A DNA stretch of 64,000 nucleotides, from IMG/VR virus record IMGVR_UViG_3300020048_000035. One strand, written 5' to 3'. The position numbers and the translations under genes were made by a program. Below, one piece after another: positions 45,489 to 55,144 of this stretch. The stretch's first letter is position 1. Every line of letters starts with the position of its first letter. This stretch comes from an uncultured virus (IMG/VR IMGVR_UViG_3300020048_000035) (taxonomy: Duplodnaviria > Heunggongvirae > Uroviricota > Caudoviricetes). The notes under the pieces were generated by a model. That model was given only the letters and a program-made list of their open reading frames with translations, did no database searches and was not told the origin of the DNA.

Positions 45489-46271
45489 ATGTCAATTGTT
45501 TCTGGAATTTACAAAATAACATTAATTCAAAATGGAAGAATTTACATAGGAAGTTCTGCCGATATAAAAGGTAGATGGAAATGGCATAAACAAAGCCAAA
45601 AACAACTTATCGGTAAAATGATTAAAAAATATGGTGAAGAGAATTTTATTTTTGAAATAATTGAACAAGTTGACCCCGTAAAAGAATTACTACAAATTCG
45701 CGAACAATATTATTTAGACACACTTCAACCTTTTCCATGGAATGATAAGAAAGGATATAATCTTGCTCCCCATGCTTATACTCCACTTGGAATAAAACGA
45801 ACTGATGAAACTAAAAATAAAATGAAAGAAATGTGGCACAAAGTTAGGGGACAGTCATATTATAAACAACTTAGTGAACGAGCTAAGGGTGATAATAACC
45901 CAGCAAAACGACCAGAAGTTAAAAAGAAAATTTCGGAATCAAGAATGGGACAAGGTTGGAAAGACGATGATGTTCGTGTCGCAAAACATGTGGCGGCAAG
46001 AACTGGTAAAAAATACTCAGAGGAAGCAAGAATAAACATGAGATTGGCACAACAAAAAAATAATACTAGGTCTGCCGAAGCAAAAGAAAAATTTTATTTG
46101 GCTCAAAGAAAATTATATGAAATTACAAAACCAGACAAATCAACATTTCAAATGTATAGTCGTGAGTTAAAATTATTCTGTATAGATAATAATCTACAAT
46201 ATGCTAATCTTATTACTACAGCAAAAACAAACAAACCTTACAAGGGAGGATGGCTAGCTAAATTAATATGA
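45489..46271 (+). CDS. GIY-YIG homing endonuclease
   Basis: SGIYKI...IYIGSS...R...H; REQYYLD; GYN. Confidence 0.9.
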   Translation: MSIVSGIYKITLIQNGRIYIGSSADIKGRWKWHKQSQKQLIGKMIKKYGEENFIFEIIEQVDPVKELLQIREQYYLDTLQPFPWNDKKGYNLAPHAYTPLGIKRTDETKNKMKEMWHKVRGQSYYKQLSERAKGDNNPAKRPEVKKKISESRMGQGWKDDDVRVAKHVAARTGKKYSEEARINMRLAQQKNNTRSAEAKEKFYLAQRKLYEITKPDKSTFQMYSRELKLFCIDNNLQYANLITTAKTNKPYKGGWLAKLI

Positions 46272-46324
46272 GTCTACCCTATTGTTATAATAACATGGTG
46301 ACATTACATTGTCAAGCAAATGAG

Positions 46325-46903
46325 TTATTTTTTAAGATCACTTATGTAATCGCAAATACCTAGGGATAAAGCTTCTTCAGCGGTAAGCCAAACATCACTT
46401 GTGGGAAGTAGTTGAGATTTAACAATAGCTTCGTCTAGGCCAGTTGTTTCTTTATAATGTTCAACCATACGCTGATTAACTAAATTAAATTCCTTGGTTA
46501 TTGAGAACAATTCATGATGTTTTCCCTCGGAATAAGCAGTATATTGATGACTCAGTATACTGGTATTGGGCGTAAGAATTCTGGAACCCCTAGAGCCAGC
46601 CAGAAATATCAGTAATCCACTACTGGCAATAGTGCCTAACCCCACAGTTTTTATTGGAATAGTACTGGAACGCATTACATCGATTAGGGCAAACGCATGT
46701 TCTACGCTTCCACCCTCGCTACATATCATTAGTAATAGTTCTTTTTTCTTGCGCTTTCCCACATGATTGGCACACAATATCCATTCAACCACAGGCTTAA
46801 CAGTTTCAGCAGTGACCTCATCCATGAATACATAAATGCCGGAATCATTGAGTAATTGTCCGGGTTCTTTACTGCTATCGTTATCTGTTATATTTGATGC
46901 CAT
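46325..46903 (-). CDS. second, divergent ClpP-like protease
   Basis: SEGGSV, IASSG, ILSHQ, DVWLTAEEAL..G..D. Confidence 0.85.
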   Translation of the reverse strand: MASNITDNDSSKEPGQLLNDSGIYVFMDEVTAETVKPVVEWILCANHVGKRKKKELLLMICSEGGSVEHAFALIDVMRSSTIPIKTVGLGTIASSGLLIFLAGSRGSRILTPNTSILSHQYTAYSEGKHHELFSITKEFNLVNQRMVEHYKETTGLDEAIVKSQLLPTSDVWLTAEEALSLGICDYISDLKK

Positions 46904-46978
46904 GTGTTTGACTTGTAAGATATAATTGTACTGTACTACTATATGATTGTCAATATTTAGTATACCAAAATTTAAACC

Positions 46979-47001
46979 AAAAAAAAGCCCCGAAGGGCTT
47001 T
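46979..47001 (-). terminator. intrinsic terminator
   Basis: AAAGCCC-TTCG-GGGCTTTTTTTT on minus. Confidence 0.85.
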
Positions 47002-47012
47002 GTCTGTGCCAA

Positions 47013-47258
47013 TTACTTGGCTGGTTTACTTAAATTAGCAGTGAACTTTGATGTTGAATCTTTGGCAATATCAGCCATTGATTTAAACGCAGCCACGCTG
47101 GCCTTAGCATATTCGGCGTTAGCTTCTGCTAATTTAGATAATGCCCAGCTTAATTCCTTGGGTTGAACAAAGTTCAACATTGTCGATACATTCTTTTGAG
47201 CCTGATCGATCATTTTTACTGGGTCCATTGCTTCTGTTAGTGTTTTCATAAATTCCAT
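47013..47258 (-). CDS. phasin-like amphipathic helical protein
   Basis: Ala/Lys-rich helical 81 aa; PhaR-like box in its promoter. Confidence 0.5.
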   Translation of the reverse strand: MEFMKTLTEAMDPVKMIDQAQKNVSTMLNFVQPKELSWALSKLAEANAEYAKASVAAFKSMADIAKDSTSKFTANLSKPAK

Positions 47259-47330
47259 TTTAAATCTCCTGTTAAGCGAGCTTTGTGTTAGCCCCACCAT
47301 GGGCACTAACTGTTCTCTACCTTATTTATG

Positions 47331-47359
47331 ATTATATTGCGTCGCAGCAATTTTGTCAA
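47331..47359 (-). promoter_or_regulatory. sigma70 promoter containing a PhaR-like operator
   Basis: TTGACA-N17-TATAAT; spacer holds TGCGTCGCAGCA (47338-47349, + strand). Confidence 0.6.
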
Positions 47360-47462
47360 ATGTTTTGGTAATATCAATAATATCTATATCTGATATCAAG
47401 TCTAGCCTGACGCATTCTAGCTTCAATAATTACAGATAACACTGCTTTTAAAAATTTTCTCA

Positions 47463-47621
47463 TTAAATTAACCCCTTTTGTACGCCGCGATCAAATGTGC
47501 TGGCCCAGTATTCAACGTCGGCAATGTTGGTGGGGTTCTTGCTGGTAATATATTCTTCCATACGTTGTCCGTATGTTGGTACATCGAATAGACTTGTGAT
47601 CCATTTTAAAAAAGTTTTCAT
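47463..47621 (-). CDS. small protein, possibly DUF3563-like (52 aa, not in track)
   Basis: MKTFLKWITSLF...MEEYITSKNP.NIADVEYW; AAGGA RBS. Confidence 0.55.
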   Translation of the reverse strand: MKTFLKWITSLFDVPTYGQRMEEYITSKNPTNIADVEYWASTFDRGVQKGLI

Positions 47622-47759
47622 TTTGTGATTTCCTTATTGTAATATATGAGGGTTTACCCTTATATTTCTATTTATGTATTATATGTGCGAACGCACATTT
47701 TGTCAACATTATTTTAGTTATATGTTAATATAAGTTAAATAAAGTATCAGGAGATTACC

Positions 47760-47963
47760 ATGCTAGAATTTTTAAAACGATTATTGGGTCTTGCCCCCAA
47801 GACTGTAGAAGTATCACCACCGCCAGCACCATATAAAGTGGAAACACCGGCACCAGTGGTGGCAGCACCAGTCGAAGAACCAGCACCGGCACAAGTAGCC
47901 AAAAAAGCAGCCACAGGAGCTGCCAAAACTACTAGAAGACGCAAGAAACCTGCTGCTACATAA
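47760..47963 (+). CDS. small Pro/Ala/Lys-rich protein
   Basis: AGGAG RBS, TAAATA box. Confidence 0.7.
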   Translation: MLEFLKRLLGLAPKTVEVSPPPAPYKVETPAPVVAAPVEEPAPAQVAKKAATGAAKTTRRRKKPAAT

Positions 47964-48255
47964 GCAGCATACGGGTTAGTCCAATAGAATCAATAATGAC
48001 CAGAAAGACGGCATTGGCTAAAAGTCCAAAACTCCGTCTGGTCCAGCAAGCCCATGCGCTGGCGATACATCCACAAATAAAGATTGAGTAAAGTGGAATT
48101 ACCGGAATTGTCGGAACTGTTACAGCAAAGATAATTGCGCTGACAACGGAACATGCCCATGCAAAGACTTCTGCTAGGAATCTAGTTCTGTTACTACCCC
48201 AATCTTGTTTAATATATTGCCAGATATTACTACTGGCTATTGTTATCCATTCCAT
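47956..48255 (-). CDS. small membrane protein
   Basis: three hydrophobic segments. Confidence 0.75.
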   Translation of the reverse strand: MEWITIASSNIWQYIKQDWGSNRTRFLAEVFAWACSVVSAIIFAVTVPTIPVIPLYSIFICGCIASAWACWTRRSFGLLANAVFLVIIDSIGLTRMLLM

Positions 48256-49282
48256 TTTTCCACTGCCTATATAAGTTAAAGGAAGAAATATTCTTGCCTT
48301 TTGATTCGCACATGATATCAAAGTTATCCAGAAATCCTAGTACCCATTCATTACACGCTGTATTCCAATAGAAATTGCTATGTGCCCGTAGCTTTTGTTT
48401 GTTTTTGCCCTCTGCTAATAGCGCAGAATAGTCTGGTAATGTGTTTACGTCATGCTCGGGAAGCCAATCTTCACGACTAACGCTATAGTGCATAGTAGGC
48501 CTGACACCACGCCAGCTATCCACCACCCTAGCAACACTTTCGGCATTGGGGTTAATGTATTCGCCTTCCCTAACCCAATGATGATGAACATCAAGCACAA
48601 TAGGAACAATATCGCTAATAGTAAGACAATCATTTAGCCCCCATGCGTTTTCTTCGTTTTCGATTGTAATAGTATTCCTAGNNNNNNNNNNCCTAGCTTC
48701 GGGCGATAGCCGTTGTAGGGCTCGCCTGATACCTTCTGGCCCTTGCCGCCCAGCAATGTGGACGTTGATCTTGAAGTCTTGGAATTGCTTGCCGTAGCCC
48801 ATGAACCTTGCCATGTCTGCATGATATTCAAATTCCTCTATTGATCTAGAAACAATGTCGTCAGAATCTGAAGCCAGAACGCAGAACTGGCCAGGATGGA
48901 AGCTAAGACGCACACCACTGCTCCTAGCCCTGTCACCAACTTTACTGAACGCCGTTCCGAGGTAATTGATAACGTCAGGCATGCGCCAAAAATAACGCCA
49001 GTCATCATGAGTATACACTGGTAAAATATCACTACTAATACGAACCATACGAAGGTGCTCATCTAAATTCCCTACCCTATTAACAAGTTGATATGTAGAC
49101 TCGGTATTTTGTACCATTAAGTCCCAGAGTTTTTGTTCAGCAACTTCTCTAGTCTGGCGACCTAGCCATGCTACAGTAGTGCCTCCTGTATTGTACTTCT
49201 TGGCATCGTCAGTGGGTTTGATCCCATTGACTTGATCAGGGTGATCAATCCACTTACATGCAAATCCTATCTTAGCTATCAT
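48230..49282 (-). CDS. uvsE: UV damage endonuclease
   Basis: IGFACK, RISSD, RLSFHPGQF, INVH, TIENEE, VLDVHHH, HS, MCESKGK; gap flanked by duplicated CCTAG. Confidence 0.92.
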   Translation of the reverse strand: MIAKIGFACKWIDHPDQVNGIKPTDDAKKYNTGGTTVAWLGRQTREVAEQKLWDLMVQNTESTYQLVNRVGNLDEHLRMVRISSDILPVYTHDDWRYFWRMPDVINYLGTAFSKVGDRARSSGVRLSFHPGQFCVLASDSDDIVSRSIEEFEYHADMARFMGYGKQFQDFKINVHIAGRQGPEGIRRALQRLSPEARXXXXRNTITIENEENAWGLNDCLTISDIVPIVLDVHHHWVREGEYINPNAESVARVVDSWRGVRPTMHYSVSREDWLPEHDVNTLPDYSALLAEGKNKQKLRAHSNFYWNTACNEWVLGFLDNFDIMCESKGKNISSFNLYRQWKNGMDNNSQ

Positions 49283-49484
49283 GTGGATCCTTTATGTCAT
49301 TTGCGAAAACAAAGTAAAACCAAGTGCGGTCTTTCTCTTCCATAAACTGAAATCTAACATATTTTACACCGTCAAAGTCCCACCGCTCCCCACGCGGACC
49401 AAAATTTAAACGACAGTATCGTATCATTTTGGAAGCATGAGCAAATTCTACAGGCTTAGATGTTAAGGGTAAACTATCTTTCAT
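49272..49484 (-). CDS. divergent family A-like small protein
   Basis: YC..NFG.RG.RW....F.F.EEKDRTWF. Confidence 0.6.
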   Translation of the reverse strand: MKDSLPLTSKPVEFAHASKMIRYCRLNFGPRGERWDFDGVKYVRFQFMEEKDRTWFYFVFANDIKDPHDS

Positions 49485-49515
49485 AACACTATTATACTGT
49501 GTTATGCGAGATTTG

Positions 49516-50076
49516 TCAATCGTTGAGTATAGCCAAAACGTTATCAAATGTATCTTTGCCCAGATTTGGCAAGGAAGAAAGTCCTTCATAAATTTCAGCA
49601 TGATGATCTACCAGTATCCATTGAACAGCTGGCTTTGATTTTATAGCTTGATGTACTAATCCCCGATAGTGCTTGGCTTTAGTATTTTCCAATTTATCTG
49701 CGAGTTGGGGTGTTTCACTAAAATCAAATCCCAGTAATAATACCACATCACTAATGCTGGCAGCAAGATTCATGGCTACAATTTCATCTCGGTTAGCAAC
49801 ATCATTACCCATAAAATCACCCTCGTATAATTGTACACCCTGTGGACGATTTAGGGCTAGATAAGTTGAATTAGGAATATAAAAATTACAAGTATGTTGA
49901 AAAGATCTTTTGATTAAATCCTGTGCTTTTGGCATATCGTGGCATATAACATTGTCAGTGTTATATGCACGCCATGTTTTCCAAGATCCCCAGAATGCTC
50001 CGCCCCGTTTCATACGTGCAAGATCTACTGTAGGATCTAAAATAAGATTGTCAGCAAGTACCCATTGGATATTCAT
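49516..50076 (-). CDS. hypothetical protein
   Basis: 186-aa ORF; VLLLGFDF. Confidence 0.75.
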   Translation of the reverse strand: MNIQWVLADNLILDPTVDLARMKRGGAFWGSWKTWRAYNTDNVICHDMPKAQDLIKRSFQHTCNFYIPNSTYLALNRPQGVQLYEGDFMGNDVANRDEIVAMNLAASISDVVLLLGFDFSETPQLADKLENTKAKHYRGLVHQAIKSKPAVQWILVDHHAEIYEGLSSLPNLGKDTFDNVLAILND

Positions 50077-50102
50077 CCGGATACTTATGTACTAAATATT
50101 AT

Positions 50103-52148
50103 ATGCTTAAAAAAATCTTAATCAGTCCATGGACTGCTTTACTTACATTATCATTAGTCATAGGATTACGGGTGGCTGATCCTAGTTTTGTTGAATCAGT
50201 GCGTCTTAGATATTTCGACACCTTAATAACTAGCCAACCAGCAACTCCATTAAACATATACGCAGCTAACATAGATGAAGCAACGTTGGACAAATATGGA
50301 CAATGGCCATTGGATCGTAGTGTATATGCTATCTTAATTAAAGATTTGTATGCTCGTGGTGCAGGACTTGTAGTACTAAATGTTATGATGTCTGAAACAG
50401 ATAGACAAGGCGGAGATGCCAAATTAGCCAAGACAATGGCAGAAGCTCCTGTAATATTAGTCAATGTTCCATCACAGAAAACAAAGAACACTCCACGCAA
50501 TCCAGGCTCTGCGGTAATCAATAGTGAATACGTAGATCGTATCATTACATATCATGGCATTATTGCCAACGTTCCTAAGTTAGAAGAAGCAGCAGCAGGT
50601 ATTGGAACTATCAATACTCTTCCCGAGATTGACGGAGTTAATCGTCGCTTACCACTAGTAGTATCGGTTGACGGGAAATTATATCCATCTTTAGCAATGG
50701 AAGTGCTACGTGTAGCAGCAGATGATACTACATTTCAAGTTAAACTTAGTGAGCTTGGCATAGATAAAATGCGTATCAAAAAGTTTGGCTCAATTGCCAC
50801 AGATAATCTAGGCCGTATTTGGATTGATTGGAGTCAACAACCACAGAACATTAGTATCATGGACTTGCCAAAAGATTTAGCAGGTGCTATTGTTATAGTA
50901 GGACCCACTGCTGCTGGCATAAGCAATCCTGTTCCAACTGCGATAGGAGCACAATTTCCACACTATGTACAAGCAGTAGTCGCCGGTACATTACTCAATC
51001 GTGTTAACATTGAACGACCAGATTATGCTGATGGTGCTGAGATTATAGCATTGTTAGTAGCAGGATTACTACTATTATTTTTAACAAGGTGGACTTATGT
51101 TGGGATTATTGCTAGCGTTGTTTTTATCGGGGGTTGTGTTTACGGCAGCAGTTATCTTTATGATAATTATCGTTGGCTTTTGGATATCACTATCATCGTT
51201 GCTGGTCTTGTTGTTGTTCTTTTCCATGCTTATATCGTTAGGTTTGTAAGTGAGTTCCTACAAAAGCTTCAAATTAAAAAGCAGTTCGGAGGATATGTTT
51301 CCCCCGTTATTGTGGAACGTCTACAAAAAAATCCGTCGTTGATTAAGTTAGGCGGTGATAGTAAAGAACTTACTGTTATTATGACTGATATGAGAAACTT
51401 TACTGCGCTAGGAGAAAGTTACGGAGACAGAGTAGAAGAGTTTACAAATACAATGAATAGATATATGACAGCAATCGCAGAACCTATTCTTGATAACGAA
51501 GGTTGTTTAATTAAGTTTATTGGAGACGCTTCGTTACATGTCCATGGCGCACCACTAGACGATCCTCGTCATGCTGCTAGAGCAGTAGCAACTGGATTAG
51601 CTATGCTACGAGCAGTAGAAAATTTTAATCAAGAGCTTGCCCTAGAAAATAGACCGCCAGTTGGTATGGGAGTTGGTATAAACACTGGGCCAACCCTAAT
51701 AGGCAACATAGGATCAAAAACTAGATTTGGTTACGATGTACTAGGGGATACGGTAAGCCTAGCGGCAAGACTCGAAGGCCAGACTAAGCCGTATGGCGTC
51801 AAAATTATTCTCGGGCCGTTAACCGCAGAACAAGTTAAACATGAATACTTTGTACTTGAGCTAGACAAGATTGCTGTCAAGGGTAAGAAAGTTGGTGTTA
51901 ATATCTTTACTGTACTAGATGGTTCTTATAAAGAATATGAAATAGGCAGAAAAGATCATGAAGAAATGTTAGCAGCATATCGCAATCGAGAATTTGAAAA
52001 TGCTATATTCTTATGTGATACACTGATGGGCGAGTTTGATGGACAGATGAATGCCTATTACGAGATGTGGAAAGATCGTTGTAGAGAAATGAAAATGAGT
52101 AAATTGCCACAAGATTGGGATGGTACATACGTATCTACATCTAAGTGA
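50103..52148 (+). CDS. CHASE2-domain class III adenylate/guanylate cyclase
   Basis: IDEATL..YGQWP.DR; DGV.RR.PL; TM helices; TDMRNFT, KFIGDA, GNIGS..RF.YDVLGD.V.LAARLEG. Confidence 0.95.
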   Translation: MLKKILISPWTALLTLSLVIGLRVADPSFVESVRLRYFDTLITSQPATPLNIYAANIDEATLDKYGQWPLDRSVYAILIKDLYARGAGLVVLNVMMSETDRQGGDAKLAKTMAEAPVILVNVPSQKTKNTPRNPGSAVINSEYVDRIITYHGIIANVPKLEEAAAGIGTINTLPEIDGVNRRLPLVVSVDGKLYPSLAMEVLRVAADDTTFQVKLSELGIDKMRIKKFGSIATDNLGRIWIDWSQQPQNISIMDLPKDLAGAIVIVGPTAAGISNPVPTAIGAQFPHYVQAVVAGTLLNRVNIERPDYADGAEIIALLVAGLLLLFLTRWTYVGIIASVVFIGGCVYGSSYLYDNYRWLLDITIIVAGLVVVLFHAYIVRFVSEFLQKLQIKKQFGGYVSPVIVERLQKNPSLIKLGGDSKELTVIMTDMRNFTALGESYGDRVEEFTNTMNRYMTAIAEPILDNEGCLIKFIGDASLHVHGAPLDDPRHAARAVATGLAMLRAVENFNQELALENRPPVGMGVGINTGPTLIGNIGSKTRFGYDVLGDTVSLAARLEGQTKPYGVKIILGPLTAEQVKHEYFVLELDKIAVKGKKVGVNIFTVLDGSYKEYEIGRKDHEEMLAAYRNREFENAIFLCDTLMGEFDGQMNAYYEMWKDRCREMKMSKLPQDWDGTYVSTSK

Positions 52149-52298
52149 TGTTAGATATGACACCCTTACCAGTAGCATTCAGTCACATGTACAAGCCAAC
52201 ACAAAAAGATATTAATATATATTGGGCTGATCAAATGTATAATACAATGGTGTTGAATATGTTAACTGTTTATTTTATGCCATACTATATTATCGGAA

Positions 52299-52317
52299 GT
52301 GTAACAAAAAAGTAACA
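52299..52317 (+). promoter_or_regulatory. Pho-box-like direct repeat
   Basis: GTGTAAC-AAAA-AAGTAAC, 11-bp period, upstream of the plcP-like gene. Confidence 0.35.
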
Positions 52318-52418
52318 TTTAAACACCGTTTTTACAATAAATACTATTACGCTAGTTTAAAACCGGGTACAAGATAGAGTATCGCTGGAACTCGTAACCA
52401 GTAACTTTTGGATCACAA

Positions 52419-53219
52419 ATGTCAGAAAAAAAGTATAGAACAATTTTTATTTCCGACGTTCATCTGGGAACCAAAGACTGTAAGGCCAATCAATTAAATA
52501 ATTTTCTTAAAAACAATACATGTGATACGTTATACATGGTAGGTGATATAATTGATGCATGGAAAATCCAACAGAACAGATGGAAATGGAATCAAAGTCA
52601 TAGCAATGTTATACGCCGTGTACTTGGTCATGCTAAACGAAATACAAAAATAATTTACATAGCAGGTAACCATGATGAATTTCTTCGTCCGCTAATACCG
52701 TATGGTATTGGGTTTGGAAGTATTGATATAGTAAATCAAGCAGAACATATAGGGATAGATGGAAAAAGATATCTAGTTACACATGGAGATTTATTTGATG
52801 GCATTACTAGACTAGCACCATGGATAAGTTTTTTAGGAGATCGTGCATACGATTTTGTGCTAGCTCTCAATAGTAAATTTAATTGGTTGCGGCATCGCAT
52901 GGGGTTTGGGTATTGGAGTCTAAGTCAATATCTTAAACGTCGAGTTAAACGAGCAGTAGATTTTATATTCCAATTTGAAAAAAACTTGGCTACGTATTGT
53001 AAAAAACGTGGATATGATGGAGTGATATGTGGGCACATACATCATGCAGAAATAAAAGAAATAGATGGTGTTACATATATGAACGACGGTGACTGGGTAG
53101 AATCATGTACAGCACTTGTAGAGCATCATGATGGGCGATGGGAAATAGTTACTTGGATACAGGAGAAAGATAGTGTGGATATTATTATTGATAGCAGTAC
53201 ACATCAACAACCCCAATGA
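52419..53219 (+). CDS. LpxH-like metallophosphoesterase, PlcP-type phospholipase C
   Basis: FISDVHLG, GDIID.W, GNHDEFLR, HGD.FD, YWSLS, CGHIH, GDWVESCTA. Confidence 0.85.
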   Translation: MSEKKYRTIFISDVHLGTKDCKANQLNNFLKNNTCDTLYMVGDIIDAWKIQQNRWKWNQSHSNVIRRVLGHAKRNTKIIYIAGNHDEFLRPLIPYGIGFGSIDIVNQAEHIGIDGKRYLVTHGDLFDGITRLAPWISFLGDRAYDFVLALNSKFNWLRHRMGFGYWSLSQYLKRRVKRAVDFIFQFEKNLATYCKKRGYDGVICGHIHHAEIKEIDGVTYMNDGDWVESCTALVEHHDGRWEIVTWIQEKDSVDIIIDSSTHQQPQ

Positions 53220-53346
53220 CATACCAGCAAAGATACACATTCCATTTGAAAATCAAGCCGCATGTGAGTATGCCAAAACCAATATGACATATTGGATTAA
53301 ATTTGAAAATTTTAAGGTAGTGGGCGAATGCAAAAAACAATCCTGA
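53173..53346 (+). CDS. small exported protein (57 aa, not in track)
   Basis: AGGAG + GTG; MWILLLIAV...C...C. Confidence 0.55.
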   Translation: MWILLLIAVHINNPNDIPAKIHIPFENQAACEYAKTNMTYWIKFENFKVVGECKKQS

Positions 53347-54335
53347 TAGTAACAGATAATTTACCGGAGCAGATTAATGGCGTGGTTACGACCTACAAAA
53401 ATATTGAGGCTTATGCGATTCGGGACAACTATCGTGTTGTATATCTTGATCCCGGGCGGTTCCGCTATGTTGATTGCCCTGGCTACAACGAAGTCAAGAT
53501 TGCCTTTCCCCGGAACCTGGGCCCGATACTTGAGGAGATCCGTCCGGATCATATCCATATCGCCACAGAAGGTCCTATTGGTCTGCGTGTTAGACAATAT
53601 CTTGACAAACGTCATTATAGGTACAACACTGCTTATCATACTAAGTTTCCAGAAGGACTTAGAAAATTATTTGGCATTCCTGAAGCCCTTACTTGGCCTT
53701 TAGTCAGATGGTTTCATAAACACAGCGGTAAAGTTTTAACTACAACCGAAACCATGGTAGAGGAATTACGAGCGCATGGATTTGACGGTGAACTAGTGTC
53801 TTGGACTCGCGGGGTTGATCGTGAAATTTTTAATCCTTCGAGTAGAATAGGCGTCAATGAGCAAACGGTATTAGTATGTGTTGCCAGAGTGAGTAAAGAA
53901 AAGAATCTTGAAGATTTCTTTGAATTAAATTTTCCAAACAGCCGAAAAATTATGGTAGGCGATGGACCTATGTTGGCAACTTATCGTAAACAATACCCTG
54001 ATGTTGAATTCGTTGGGCTTAAAACAGGCACCGAGTTAGCCAGTTATTATGCTAATGCTGATGTATTTGTATTTCCTAGTAAGTGGGAAACATTTGGCAT
54101 TGTCATGATAGAAGCAATGGCATGTGGTACTCCTGTTGCTGCTTATCCATGCCAAGGTCCCAAAGATGTTATCGATGAAAGTGTTACAGGGTACATGGAT
54201 GAATCATTATCTACTGCTACATATCGTTGTCTAGGGTTAAACAGAGACAGTGTAGCAGTAGGAAGCGAACGCTGGAGTTGGGAATATGCCTGGGAAATAT
54301 TCAGGGCACACCTTATTCCAGTAAAGATAGATTAA
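53328..54335 (+). CDS. GT4 glycosyltransferase (Agt-like glycolipid synthase)
   Basis: Q.NGVV, HIATEGPIG, YHT.FPE, RVSKEKN, FPS..ETFG.V..EAMACG.PV. Confidence 0.9.
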   Translation: MQKTILIVTDNLPEQINGVVTTYKNIEAYAIRDNYRVVYLDPGRFRYVDCPGYNEVKIAFPRNLGPILEEIRPDHIHIATEGPIGLRVRQYLDKRHYRYNTAYHTKFPEGLRKLFGIPEALTWPLVRWFHKHSGKVLTTTETMVEELRAHGFDGELVSWTRGVDREIFNPSSRIGVNEQTVLVCVARVSKEKNLEDFFELNFPNSRKIMVGDGPMLATYRKQYPDVEFVGLKTGTELASYYANADVFVFPSKWETFGIVMIEAMACGTPVAAYPCQGPKDVIDESVTGYMDESLSTATYRCLGLNRDSVAVGSERWSWEYAWEIFRAHLIPVKID

Positions 54336-54643
54336 CTGCTGCCACCACTGGCTGCGCTGTCATTCTTTTTATTAATTACTTCTTCGGCTTCTACACGTTC
54401 CGCTTCAATAGTTTTTCCGCGAAGATGTAATACTGTATTGACCTTTTGATTAAGTCTAATCAAATCATTATCTAGCATACGGATACGATCAATTAAAGCA
54501 ATAAGAACTGTGTTAGCATCTGAAATAACTGGTTTGATTTCTGATGTAGCCCATGACCATACGTATTTTATAATCGCACCTAGCCCCACTGCCGCAACAA
54601 TAGGAAATCCATACTTACTAATTAAGTCTGCTATATTATCCAT
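54332..54643 (-). CDS. small membrane protein, paralog of 54822-55103
   Basis: I.K.GFPI.AA + TM + coiled coil. Confidence 0.8.
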   Translation of the reverse strand: MDNIADLISKYGFPIVAAVGLGAIIKYVWSWATSEIKPVISDANTVLIALIDRIRMLDNDLIRLNQKVNTVLHLRGKTIEAERVEAEEVINKKNDSAASGGSS

Positions 54644-54822
54644 CAGTCATATCCTTTTACAAATTTTACTATAGGGTCTAGTTTAACTAGTTGTCGCTTG
54701 CCGTCAATGTCAGTAAACATAAACAAATCACCCTCTCTCCATCCTAGCGCATACGCATCAAGTTCTTCATCTAAGATAATTTTATCGTCAGTTAAATCCC
54801 AAGTGTAGTCATAGTATAACAT
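54643..54822 (-). CDS. hypothetical protein (59 aa, not in track)
   Basis: MLYYDYTWDL...LDEEL...LGW..GD.F. Confidence 0.7.
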   Translation of the reverse strand: MLYYDYTWDLTDDKIILDEELDAYALGWREGDLFMFTDIDGKRQLVKLDPIVKFVKGYD

Positions 54823-55103
54823 TAATCTCTCCGAGCATCATTCTTCCCGTCTGCACGAGCGATGCGCTCTACATCTGGCTTTAATCCCAACGCATTTGAT
54901 ACAACTGAATCTATGCGTATAACATCATGGTTCATTGTTTTAACACGATTGTCTAATGCTGTAATGATACCAGCCATACCTTTAACAGCAGATAATACTC
55001 CGGCAAGTAATAGTTTAATTGTAAGATATACAAAGTATCCGCCCGCTACCGCAGCAGCAATTGGAAATCCTAGGTCACTTATAAGTTTGAATATTTCAGT
55101 CAT
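54822..55103 (-). CDS. small membrane protein
   Basis: LISDLGFPIAAA + TM + coiled coil. Confidence 0.8.
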   Translation of the reverse strand: MTEIFKLISDLGFPIAAAVAGGYFVYLTIKLLLAGVLSAVKGMAGIITALDNRVKTMNHDVIRIDSVVSNALGLKPDVERIARADGKNDARRD

Positions 55104-55144
55104 TGTAGTTCCTATTTTATTATTATATTAATATTTAGTTACTA

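Noticed and set aside
48682..48691. Insertion or intein in uvsE
   Set aside because: It is an N gap flanked by a duplicated CCTAG, most likely a scaffolding artefact.
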